Source: Dimorphilus gyrociliatus
Lineage: Eukaryota > Animalia > Annelida
Reading direction: 5' to 3'
DNA: 64,000 nucleotides
Assembly: GCA_904063045.1 (NCBI GenBank)
Contig: CAJFCJ010000018.1
Location: 1-64,000, forward strand
Below are positions 13,245 to 25,168 of this stretch, in pieces (the stretch's first letter is position 1; each line of letters begins with the position of its first letter). The notes under the pieces were generated by a model. The model was not told the DNA's origin and ran no database searches. It was given only the letters and a program-made list of their open reading frames with translations. A program made the position numbers and the translations under genes.

Positions 13245-15038
13245 TTAATTGGTCATGTTTATTCTTTTTCGTACAGTCTGCTTCAAATGGCTTTGAAACT
13301 CTTTGTCCGCTGTGGACAAGTAACTAGGAGTTGAATGTCCTTGTTTTGTTTTCTTTTCTGTTGGGCGTTGCAGTTCTTGTTTTATTTTCTCTAATATACA
13401 GCCCTGACTAGGGCATTGAGGATGACAATTTCCAGCTGAGAAATTATCATATAAATCAAATTCGATTACATTTTCTGGAGAACTCTTTCCAACTCTTTCG
13501 AGTTTCTTTGATCGACGTGAAAAGGTCTTATGATGACGTCTTTCTTCGTCTTTAAACATTTTCGGAAGTTTATGACATTTTAATCTCCTTCGTTCACTTT
13601 CGGACTGTTCAAAACAATCTTGTTCGTCCTCTATATCATCAGAGTAATCTGATGGATTTTTTTCCAAAGTGTAAATATCATCACATTCAAACGGTTTATC
13701 CGAATATGCATGAATGTAATCTTGGTTTTTGTCGAATTGAGCGTAGGAATCGTTTAGTTTATCCATTACATGACTTAGAGTTGAGTGATTCAAGTTACTA
13801 ATGTTATCTATTTGAAAACATTGTATTGGAGAATTCTCTCTTGTGCGTGGAATTTGATTTTTTCCAAATCGAGATTTCTTAAATGGTGTCGACGAATTAC
13901 AAGCATTAATATTTTCGCTCGATAAGTCAGTATTTCCGGCTTTCTTTTTGTTTAAGTCTTCTGAAATGTATTCACGGTTTAAAGGACGATTTACAGATGT
14001 CAGAGCAGGCTTTTGATATTTTGAATTTTCTAAAGTTTCATTTGTGGAGGTGTCACAAGTCGAATTTTCCGTATAACTGTATTGTGAGGGATTACTACGA
14101 ACTTCATTTTCTAGATTTTTAGTTTTTGATAGCCTATCGTATTCTTCTTCATTGTCGGGCGCAGCTGAAGAACTATCATAACAGTAGGACGAAAACTTTT
14201 GTATGAGGTCTGAATTCCTCAAGGTGTGTGGTTGAACTTTTTCTAAGTCCTCGTTAGCATAATTAGGCTCTAACTGTTTTGCCGATTTCATAGATGTTAA
14301 TTCATTTTCCATTCTAATTGATCTGCTTCTCTGTCCACTACTTCCGTCTTTTGAATTCGAGTAGTAACTGGTAGTCTTCTTGGAGCTTTCGTAAATGCCT
14401 TGATTCCTACTGTCCATTGTTCGAAAGTCATTCCTACTATCCGAAGATATCTCTGGTACCGCTTCCAACTGCATACTGTGGGAATTTTTATTTTGAGATT
14501 CTTTATGTGATCTATTAGGTGATGAGGATGTTTCGTTTCTTCCTCTATCAGCAGATAGAGTAGTATCTTTGCAAGTGTCTGATAATTTCTCCTCGTTATT
14601 TAAGGTATCATTTTCATCAAGCCTCTCTTTTTTAATTTTATTATACTCTTCAAACACTTTTATAATGGCATCTGCTAAACACTGTAAATTGTCAGTTAAT
14701 TTGATATTTAAGCATAGAGTAGTGCTGTTATCAAAATCAATCTTTATGGTATTATCTTCTCTTTCTTCTTCTTTAGCAGATTTAGTTTGCATTTTAATAT
14801 TTTTAATCTCTTTTTCGCTCTTAGGTGACCATTCTTTTGGGATTTTATATCGACATTTACGCGAATCTAGTACTGTTTCGGGTAATTTACTTAATAGTTT
14901 TCCGCATTCATTTAAGAATTTCTTTTTTCTTTGAAGACTGCCGGAATTGCTTTGTTCAAAATATTCTAGTTCATTAAAACAGGAAGAGTTTTTTTCTTGG
15001 CTATGATTCATAACTTCATTCTTTTGGAACATAATCAA
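13245..15038 (-). CDS. Orphan ~590-aa Ser/Asn/Glu/Lys-rich, probably disordered protein, single long exon
   Basis: A 1.8-kb stop-free ORF in ~70% AT DNA; no recognisable domain. The true start is uncertain. Confidence 0.75.
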   Translation of the reverse strand: MIMFQKNEVMNHSQEKNSSCFNELEYFEQSNSGSLQRKKKFLNECGKLLSKLPETVLDSRKCRYKIPKEWSPKSEKEIKNIKMQTKSAKEEEREDNTIKIDFDNSTTLCLNIKLTDNLQCLADAIIKVFEEYNKIKKERLDENDTLNNEEKLSDTCKDTTLSADRGRNETSSSPNRSHKESQNKNSHSMQLEAVPEISSDSRNDFRTMDSRNQGIYESSKKTTSYYSNSKDGSSGQRSRSIRMENELTSMKSAKQLEPNYANEDLEKVQPHTLRNSDLIQKFSSYCYDSSSAAPDNEEEYDRLSKTKNLENEVRSNPSQYSYTENSTCDTSTNETLENSKYQKPALTSVNRPLNREYISEDLNKKKAGNTDLSSENINACNSSTPFKKSRFGKNQIPRTRENSPIQCFQIDNISNLNHSTLSHVMDKLNDSYAQFDKNQDYIHAYSDKPFECDDIYTLEKNPSDYSDDIEDEQDCFEQSESERRRLKCHKLPKMFKDEERRHHKTFSRRSKKLERVGKSSPENVIEFDLYDNFSAGNCHPQCPSQGCILEKIKQELQRPTEKKTKQGHSTPSYLSTADKEFQSHLKQTVRKRINMTN

Positions 15039-15359
15039 AAAATGTATTTATATTTTCCAAAAAGATAATGGAATTGTTCTAATTTATGCAATTTTTTTTA
15101 TGTTTATAAATAAAGATGTCTGTATATATAATTAATGTTTTATTTATAAATCTTTAAAAACCTTAAATGATGTGTTAAAAAAAGAAAATTAGGCATCAAT
15201 ATAAAGTTTTTTTTAAAGATATTCTATAAAATTTTAATATTTCTTTTTATTTCCACTGATTAAACCTTTTACTTTTCAAGAAAAGTCACTATCTATGATC
15301 AATAATATATAAGACATTTTCGAAAAGCTATAAATATCTTCATGTAGATGGCAGCTGCC

Positions 15360-15389
15360 GTCACATGACCCTCTCATGCACCACGTGAT
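15360..15389. promoter_or_regulatory. Paired E-box/CLEAR-like sites between the orphan ORF and the PLEKHB-like gene
   Basis: GTCACATGAC (15360-15369) and CCACGTGAT (15381-15389) in the divergent intergenic region. Confidence 0.45.
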
Positions 15390-15859
15390 ACTACAAACTG
15401 TTTCCGGCTTGTCGTCAAAATAAGATACTTGATTATTGGCAAATTGGCAATTTTTTTACATAGTTATTTAGTAAACAAGGTAACGTATTATCTTATTTCT
15501 TTTAATCAACAAAATAAAGTTAATTTATTCTATACTATGTAGAATTATCAATAATCTAAAAATATTATTCATTTTTTCCAAAATTATTCAATCTAACAAG
15601 TAATATACGACATATAATAACAAACTACAGGTTACATAGTAATAATTATGATATAATATAAAAAATTGTAACGAAACAATTTTAATAAATTAACGTAGAA
15701 AGATTTATTTTCAATTTTTTTGAAAAATTATTCAAAAGAATATTATGTTTATATAAATATCTAATCAATTAATTTTAATAAGTAAAACTATTATAAATAA
15801 TATTATTATTAATTAAAGACAATTTTTCAGACAATCGAGAGAAAAACTAGACTGGAAAT

Positions 15860-17746
15860 ATGTCAATTATAAAACAAGGATACTTAGATAAGTACTCTAG
15901 TAAGTTTTTCGTTATGCCATATTTAATTTCAAACTGAATGTTTAATTAATTGATTAAATTAGCTGAGGCTATTTTTTTATGTTATTTACAGAGGGTTTAG
16001 TAAAGAACGAATGGAAAAAAGTATATCTAAAATTGTATTCGGACTCTTCTTTATTTTGGTACAAAAATAAAGATTCGCCAACATCTGCTGGAAATGTAAA
16101 ATTATCGGTAAGATTATTTTAAAACACATCTTTAAATCTATATGAAATCAATATTTAATATAGGAGGTAGCAACATTTATTGCCGTTGGACAGCATTGTT
16201 CAGCCATACCGTTTAATCCTGAAATACCTGCGGGTAAAAGTATTAATCAGATGATTGCAATTCCATTGGAACCTAAGAAGAAATCTAAAATATTCTTCTT
16301 TCTTGCTGATGATCAAAAATTATTTGAGTAAGATATTCAATTGTTTCTTAAAATAGTTAATTTTAAATTTGTAAATATTTGATAATACAGTGAATGGTGG
16401 AATACCATAGTATCAACAGTAAGTTAATAGTTTTTTTTTTATTGTTTCCCATATGATATTTAAGAGATTGGAAAGCTATTTCCTTGAATATGATCTTACG
16501 AAAACCTACTCCATCCTGCTTCTTTGTTTACAACTGATAATGTAGAAAATTTACTTTTTATCAGCTTCCTCCACCTCCACAATCAAATCAGGGGACTAGT
16601 GCACCAGCGAGTTCTATTGCATCTGCACCTCCTCCGTATAATCCTAATGCAGGTGGAAAAGCCCCGTATCAGCCTGCTCCAAGTTCTATGCCTCAACCCG
16701 CTCCGATAGGATTTAATGTCAATCTTGGAGGAGCAGGTATGATAAAGTCATGGATTTCCGTTTAAAAACTATTTTAAAATAATAAATTAAACTTATTAGC
16801 ACCTCCTCCACCTGCCCCTGCTGCCCCAGCTCCGGCTTCAGGTAGCGCAGCGCCAGCGACTGGATCATACCCAAGACAAACTACAAACTATCCTAGACAA
16901 GCCCCTCCCCAACAAGGATATTATCCTCCAGGAAGTTATCCACAGCAGCAACGTTAGTAATTTTAATTAAGCAATTTTTTTGATTCATTACTTAGAATAT
17001 CTTTTTATCCAGCGTATAATCCATATCCTCAGCGTAAGATTTTTAAGACTTTTTGAATATTGCAATTCTGAATAATAACCACTAGTTGGCGCTTATATCT
17101 ATTATGCCTTAGTCTTTTATCTAAAACGAAATGAATGTTTTAAAATTAACATCTCTGTTTCCAGCACTTTTTTTTCTAACTAATATTTAATGTTAATCCC
17201 TTTTCTTGTTAATAATATCTAAAATTGACCTAATTTCAAGCTAATTCAAGTATATTTTCAATATTCTATTTATAGAACCCTACTATCCTCCTGGTCCACC
17301 ACAAGGGCAATATTATCAGCAACCAGGTGATTATTGATAATTTTCTTTATATTGCTCTTTTTCTAATCGTTGTCAATTATAATAAAATAGGGTATAGCTA
17401 TCCTCAGCAGCCACATCATCATCGACCAAGCCATCAAACAACCAATGTCGGTTAGTATACTGTATAATACATTGGGGTAGCTCTATAAATTTCAATCTCT
17501 AAATATTTGTTTCATACTGAGCACTGTTTTCTTTTAGTATACGTTCAGCAGCCAGTTGCTCCTGTACATCACCGAGGATACGGTGGTGGAGGTTATGGAT
17601 CCGGTATGGGAATTGCTGGTGGAGCCGCATTAGGATTTATGGCTGGAAGTATGATGGGAAGCCCTTTCGGATGGGGTGGTGGCTTTGGCTTCGGTGGAAG
17701 TTGGTCGTCCGGAAGTTGGAGTTTTGGTTCTTTCGGATGCGATTAA
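15860..17746 (+). CDS. PLEKHB2: PH-domain protein with a Pro/Tyr/Gln-rich linker and Gly-rich hydrophobic tail (evectin/PLEKHB-like), about 10 exons
   Basis: Spliced MSIIKQGYLDKYSKGLVKNEWKKVYLKLYSDSSLFWY (PH strands), EWWNTI (PH helix Trp), a PPPY motif, and a tail GIAGGAALGFMAGSMMG resembling the evectin C-terminus. Orthology is not verified. Confidence 0.65.
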
Positions 17747-18926
17747 TGTATACTTTAAAATGACAACATTTCCTTTCCAAGTTTAATGATGGATAACCGT
17801 AAAATTAGTCTATTTCGACTGAGATTAACTCCTTCAAACCGTGACGCTTTCCTTAATAATTTGGCAAACGATATCTATACACAATATAATGTTGTCCGTA
17901 GTGAAAACGTTTTCATTCAGTAAAAAATAGTTGCAAATGATTAAAGAAAAAAATCGTAGTTAGTCTCTCCCTTTAACATGACAAGACAAAGAGTGCAGAT
18001 CTAAAGGAAAAAAATGCATCTGAAAACTTTTCACTTGATATTAAATGCATTTTTCTTGCAAAAAAAGAATTTCTAAAATACTTAAAAATACTTAAAAACA
18101 AAGATTAGATCTGATCTATTTTTTTTTCTTATAATTATTCAGCATAATCGGTTTGTATTCACATCGTTAGTTGCATGTAATTTTTATAGAATAAATGAGT
18201 GTTGTCCTACTTTTGAAAAAATGTATACATTACCAAGTTCATTTTTTGATATCACTTCAATACAGTCAAAAATATCATGCACGGTTCTGCCTTTTATAAA
18301 TATCTTATCTTATCTCTGTTTAAGGAAACTTCTTAATGTTTAACATTATTCCTATTATTATAATAATAATTAAATTTTCAATTTTAATAGTAATTGAACT
18401 ATTTTTTTTAAGAGATAAGAGAGTAAAGTAAGAAATGACATTCGATCAATAAAATATTTGCTCTCTTCTTGTTAATACTATTAAAAATTTAGCCTATTAT
18501 TAATGTTAATACGTTGTTATTTCTATTAAATTGAAAAATCGAACACGTTGAAAAAGCATTTTTCGTTAATCTACAATTTGCTTAAATGATTTATTAAACA
18601 AAAAAAATGTTATTAAATGAAACCTTTAACAAGAAAGAAGGGCATAAACACTGTCATTAAAGTATTAACATTTCATTTATTGGAAACCTTTCGATACGTT
18701 TTGAATGTGTAAATATCAAGTTAACTATTGATTTTCTTTCTCTTGATGATTATATTTTTGGTAGTTTAAAAAAAAGATATTAACTATGATTGAATGCCTT
18801 ATCTGGTTTCAATACTGCACAGAAATGAAAGAAAGATATAAAATAAATTTATAAATGCCAGAGATTTACATGAAAAAAAAAAGAGAAAAGAAAATAATAA
18901 ATATAGAATTATTAAGTATGTTTTTG

Positions 18927-21313
18927 TTAGACAGTTTGAAAAATTGCTTCTAACATGCATTGTTTTAAAGCATCTTTATAATTAATCCATCTTTGCTTGT
19001 CAAAAATTCTTCTACTAGCTTCTTCTTGTGTTAGATAGTCTTTACAAAATGTATCAACTTTCAGCATAGCGTTATTATTTGCGTATTGAAGGAAGAATCT
19101 TTTATGAACTCTAATAATTTCTGCACTCTCCGATATCAAACTTATTAATTCGCCACTTTTTACCTTCTCTTCACTTCTCATATTACTTATATAGACACCT
19201 TGTTGTCTCATAAATCTATTAAGTATATCGTCTAAGCCGAAGACGTCACCAGCTTTCAATCTATCCAATTCAACAAATGTTTCTTTCTTAGAATAATCAA
19301 TTTTGGATTCTTTGGGAAAAACGGACGGTAAATTAGTTAATTGAGTCTTTTCTCTAGTTAACCACAGCGAATGTGTTAATAATTCGTCTTCAGTGATTGA
19401 TTTTTTTGGAATATTAATTGTTGGTAGATACGATAAAGGCTTATTCTGTTTGTTGCTATTATTCTCTCTTTTATTATCGATATTGAGTTCAGTTTCTAAA
19501 TTTCTACTACTCTTTGCTCTTGTAGCTGGTCTAGACAGGGAGACAGACATACGTCCATTATCCAAGCCTACATCTATACCAATAGTTTGAGCTAGTGGAT
19601 TAAAACTTATTCCAGGAGATAATCGAGTTAATTCCATATTGTTTAACTTTTTATTTTCTCGTTGTCTCCTTGAAGTACAGTTTAACATGATATCGGCATG
19701 ACTAAAACTTCTACCTAGACCCAGATTTTTTGATTTTACTGCGGCGACGCTATTATTAGGAACTTGAAAAATTTGCTGATATCGCACGACCTTAACTGAG
19801 CCAGTTTTAACGACGTATAGCCAAGAAGTTTTAAGTGCATTTTTAACAATAACATTACCAGAAGGAAAGTAGTTATATCTAATGCAATCCAATTCCTCTT
19901 TAGCTAATTTTTCACATGGTAATTCGGATAAAAGATTAATTGAAGATAAAAAATCTGTTGGTACGTGATGGCAAGTTCTCTGCAGGTATTCAAACATATC
20001 GTAATCCAAAATTAATACTTCTAATTGACCTTTTGCGACTAACGTTACATCTCTTACATATCTATTCCTCAATTCTTCTACGTTTGTCATCATACCTTTA
20101 TGCAAATATCCTAAAGACTTTGAAACTGTTCCCGATGCCAAATCATAATCTTTAATTTGATGAACTGAATAAAGAAAGAATCATATATATCCGAAAAGGA
20201 AATATCGTCTAAAAATATATTATTATACTTCTGCCTGATAGTATAAAGTAAAGCCTATTCGGAACAGATCCTTGATTAGCCACAATCCTTCCATCCTCGT
20301 ATCTATCATAAGCGGCATTTCTAGCCATTTCCATTTGATTTTCATCCGGAAATAGATCTTGAAATGCTTTAGCCGCTTTTAAGATCCACAAGATCTTTTG
20401 AACAGAATTATTTTCCCTATACTCTGGTTGAGTAATTAGCGTCATTTGCAGGTCATAGCCAAGCTATTATATTCAATATAAAGAAATAATAATAGTCTAT
20501 CCTTGTATTATTGTAGTTTAATATTATTGCTTACACTTGTACGAGCACTGGATACAATTTTTTCCTCAGATTTTTGAACCTTCTTCCTTCTTCTTCTATT
20601 ACTGGTTGGTTCCTGATAGAACTTTCTTCTATATTTCATACACTTAACAATGAGAAAGATTTTTCTTATACACCATATCAATTTCTGCTTAGCCTGTTTG
20701 AATATATATATATACTGTCTATATTAGTATATACTAATATATATATATATAGATATGTATATAGATAGATAGAGAGATAAATATAATATTTAGCTTAGTA
20801 AAACAAAATTATCTCATTTAAATATATAACCTTCCAATTTTTCCTTCGTAATTCCAATAATTCCGCATCAGACATATTCTCATATTTTTCAATCATTTTT
20901 CTCTGACTAGGAGAAACTCTGTCTAGAACGTGTCTCTTATCAGGCCTAAATTTTGTCATTCTCTTAACTTCATCTAATCTATCTTCTATCTCTTCGAATG
21001 TCTTACTCCAGTCTACAAAAATTTACGATAGATATTTAACACTCTCAATTCAAGTTTAAAAAATTAGCTAGAGTTAATCGCTATAGCAAATACTAAGCTA
21101 AGGGAAAACTTTAAGATGAATAGCAACGCGTCCCTGGCGATAGATTTAAGATGAGGAAGCACAATCATTTATATTGCTTATCATATAAGAGGAACTTGGG
21201 AGAGATGTTTGAATTTTCTACAAATACATACCCTCTGAATCTTCAATATTTCCGTTGATTAGGGAACCATGAGCTAAAGCGAAGTTCTTTACTTTCCTCC
21301 ACTTGTGAGCCAT
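18927..21313 (-). CDS. Protein with two cyclic-nucleotide-binding domains (CNBD2-like), 5 exons
   Basis: Spliced start MAHKWRKVKNF... First cNMP domain YDRYEDGRIVANQGSVPNRLYFILSG...LEVLILD; second domain GNVIVKN...WLYVVKTGSVKV...RLKAGDVFGL. Confidence 0.8.
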
Positions 21314-22088
21314 AGTTATTTTCTAAAAGAAGTTTTTTTTCAGGAATTTCAACCGGAGAAAAAATAAATCAGACCTGTCTAGATTGTGTAACGATGTTAT
21401 CTAACGAGATTAGATAAAAAGTTGAGTCAAAAGGTAGCAATAAATCACAAGCATCGCTAAAACTGAAACTAGACAGCTAAACCCTATTATGTTCATTACT
21501 CGAAAAACCTGAAATATTTTATTTAAAAATATTGCTGCGAGTTTACGAATGATTTATGTTTAACATTGAAGTCTCCAGTATTCAGTTGCCAATGAACAAA
21601 TGCTAAATTGAAAGGAATGTTTTCAGTTCTATTTACACTATTTACAATACTCTTTTATCGTTCAGTCGGATTACTTAGGATTAGTTAAAAGTAATAAAGA
21701 AATCAATTCGACTTTTTCAAAAAAGAGAAGTGTATTTATGTAATTTTACTCTTTCTTATCTAATGTTTTTATCGTATTTTTTCAATTTTTATTTAATATT
21801 CTCCCCAAGATTTTAGCGCTACAGCCCGAACTTCTTTGAAAGAGACAAAGATGTCCTTTTTCTTACAAGATAGGAGTGTTATTATTAGAGAGTAATCCTA
21901 TTGGCAGTTTTGCTTATATTGCTGATATACAACTTATTATATCGATAATCCGTCGATAATGCGAATGAATACCATAATTCACACATTTTTTTAATTGTTG
22001 CTAACTATATCATTATATTAACAAACTGACGAAAATAAAGTATATGTTTGTCCCGGATAGACGCTAGGCATAACTTTAGATTCCCAAT

Positions 22089-23128
22089 TTACTTTTCTCC
22101 AATTTGTAGATAGGCCTTCATCAACCTTATAATAGAGTTTAACACTATTAAATTCTCTTTATAAGTTATATGACTTACCATTGCAATTACAGCCCTTGTT
22201 ACTGGAGAAATATGTTGATCGTTTTTTATTTCTTCTAGCGTAATCCACTTACAGTCTTGTATTTCTCTAGTACAATGTTGAATATCCGTTGTAATTGGTT
22301 TCAAATGACAGATAAAATACAAGTCCGATCTATTTTCATGGAAAAGTCAATTATAATCTTTAATAGATAGAAAGTTTCAGAATAACTGAAAAGTCAGTCA
22401 CCTTCCCCAAGCACCCGGAAAAGAGTGATGCTGTCGAAATGATAATATTCCCTGAAATTTTGCTTGGATATTTGTTTCTTCGTAAACTTCCCTAACGGCA
22501 GCATCTGCAATATCCTCTCCAAGATCGGCAAGACCTCCGGGTAGTTTCCATCTTGAAAATGAATGCGTTTCCGGTCTGTGCTTGTCTTTGACAAATAATA
22601 TTTCTTTCGATTCATCATTTACAACACACCCTAGAGTTTTCAAAAATTAGACTTTTAACAAAACTGTTTAATTGTTGGCTGGGAAAGCAGAAAATAAAAG
22701 TGAGTCACTTCATAATTGAAGAAGAAATATATCGTACCGGCAACTCCGACTTGGTGTGAAGCAAAAAGAGGAATAGAGGAAGAAGTTGATAAGGTTTTTA
22801 TTAAAGTTGCATTATTCTTTTCAGCATGATGGAACTCAAAACCTAGCTCGGCTGCCGGAGGAATTAGAAAACTTTTTGAAATTGGCAAAGACATCCAACA
22901 AGCTATGATACCAGCTCTACTATAATCTTCAACATATCTACTTAATATTTTTTTAAATGAATTTCTTGATGTATCTTCAGGCAATGGAGATAAATTTACT
23001 GTGACAGCTTTATATTTATCAATTCTGCCTTGCTTGAAGCACTCGTTTATTAAATGATTCTGACTATCAGAGCAATACTGGCGTTTGGCAAATTTGCATA
23101 ACTGAGAGAAAGTTGTGAAACGACTCAT
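22089..23128 (-). CDS. NUDT6: Nudix hydrolase 6
   Basis: N-terminal GFEFHHAEKNNATL..L, FASHQVGVAG, the Nudix box GGLADLGEDIADAAVREVYEET, and SFRQHH; 3 exons. Confidence 0.93.
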
Positions 23129-23738
23129 AATGTGCTGAGACGAAAATACAGAATCCAACGAAAATTTCTGCAAAATTTAATATCTTTAATTTCTTATGCG
23201 TTCCTTGCACATGATGTAAAAATTTGATTTACATTTTCCAAAGTGCTCACCGAAAGTTTATATTTTCAAAACGTATTTAACAGAGTAGCCACTTGATAAA
23301 GGATTCTATAAAGAAACTCGCTGTAGATAACAATAGAACTCAGACTAAAAAAACTCCTGTAATTGAATTTTGTAAAGAGTAATCTTTAAATACCGAATTT
23401 CTAAATCAACATAATTAAATCTCTTTTAAAAATTAAATTTTTTTAAGTATAACTAAACACCATAAATAACCTTTTTAGGATGAGCGATAATATCAACAGC
23501 TTACTTAATTGCAAAGTAATTCGTATTTCTACAAGCAATTTATAAGTATAACATTTATTATAAAAATTATTTTAAAGGTACATTTCGCTTTAAGTAAAAA
23601 AAACTTTAAACATTAAGGTCATTTTGTCGGATTGATCGTTTTTTAAACAGTTCAAAACTTGCGCCGTTGGTGGACTTGTCGAGTGACTGTTAAATTGGAA
23701 TTGATTTTGCCCCAAGAATCATATTCTTTTCATCAAAA

Positions 23739-25110
23739 ATGCAGGGTTTGGGCTCAAATAAACTATTTATTTCAAACCCTTTTGAGGACTATTCGACGAA
23801 TAGCGATGTTGTAACTTCTGATGGAGAAGTATATTTAATACATAAGCATATTTTCATTTCCATACTGATATTTAATATTTTCGCTAATAGCTTACTCTCG
23901 TATTTAAATCTCAACTTGAAAAGTTTATATCGGATACTTTACTTCTCCTAGAAGAAAAATACAACTCGGACGAAATAGACCGTCATGATAACAGCGTTTA
24001 TACAGGAATGAGTGGAGTGGCATTTTTATACATAAAATTGTATGAATTGGGAATTAAACCTGATGGACTTGAAATCGCTTTGAAATATGTAGAGAAATTT
24101 CTTCGCAGTATAAAAGTACGTTATATAACTTTCTTATGCGGAGATGCTGGACCTTTAACAATAGCTGCTTATTTGTATTATAAATTAAATAAAAGCGATG
24201 AATTTCAAATGTGTATTGGACATTTATTATCAGCGGAGGAGGAAGCTGTAAAAAGATCAACTGCCGATGAGCTGTTATATGGCAGAGTTGGTTATTTGTA
24301 TTGCCTTCTCTGGTTAAATAAGAAAATAAATCCAGAGCCAATACCCCAAAATCTTATTCAAAGAATTGTCAAATGTGTAATCACTAGCGGTTTAAATTAT
24401 GAAAGAAAGGAACAGTATCTGCCTCTTATGTATGAGTGGTATCAGGAACAATACGTTGGAGCCGCTCATGGCTTGTCTGGTATCGTTACTTTACTTTTGA
24501 AAAGTAATTTTACTGGTAAGTAGACTTTTAAATTATGATTAAATACTGTATTAAAAAATTCTATTGATATGAAGACAAAGAATTAATGGTCCAAGAAATT
24601 GAGGGATTATGCAAGCTGAAATATCCATCGGGAAATTTTTTCACATTACTACAATCAGAGGCAAAAGAAATTCTGCACTGGTGTCATGGAACTCCCGGAT
24701 TTACCTTTATGTTCATTGAAGCTTATAAGAAACTAGGGGATGAAAAATATTTAAATGAGGCCAAACTGTGCGCAGACCGAATTTGGGAGAAAGGAATTCT
24801 AAAGAAAGGCTATGGACTATGCCATGGCACAGCTGGAAATGCATATTCTTTATTAGCTGTTTACCAAGCGTCCAAAGATATAAAATATCTTCACAGAGCC
24901 GCAAAATTTGCTGAATTCTGTTTATCATATGGCACTCATAATTGTCGTATACCCGACAGACCGTATTCTTTATTCGAAGGTAACTTTAGATTAAATAATT
25001 TATATTCATAACCTATGTTTCTTTTAGGAATGGGTGGAACTCTTTATTTTCTTGTAGACTTTTTAAAGAATTATGAAAACGCCAAATTTCCTTGTTTCGA
25101 TGACATTTAG
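23739..25110 (+). CDS. LANCL2: LanC-like protein (LANCL family)
   Basis: YTGMSG, FLCGDAG, DELLYGRVGYL, GAAHGLSGI, WCHGTPG, GLCHGTAGNAY and PDRPYSLFEG; zinc-ligand Cys/His motifs are present. LANCL1/2 paralog assignment is approximate. Confidence 0.93.
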
Positions 25111-25168
25111 AGGTTCATCCAACGAAAGAAGAAAAGGTTACAGATAATGAGCTTTTTTTTCAGATATA

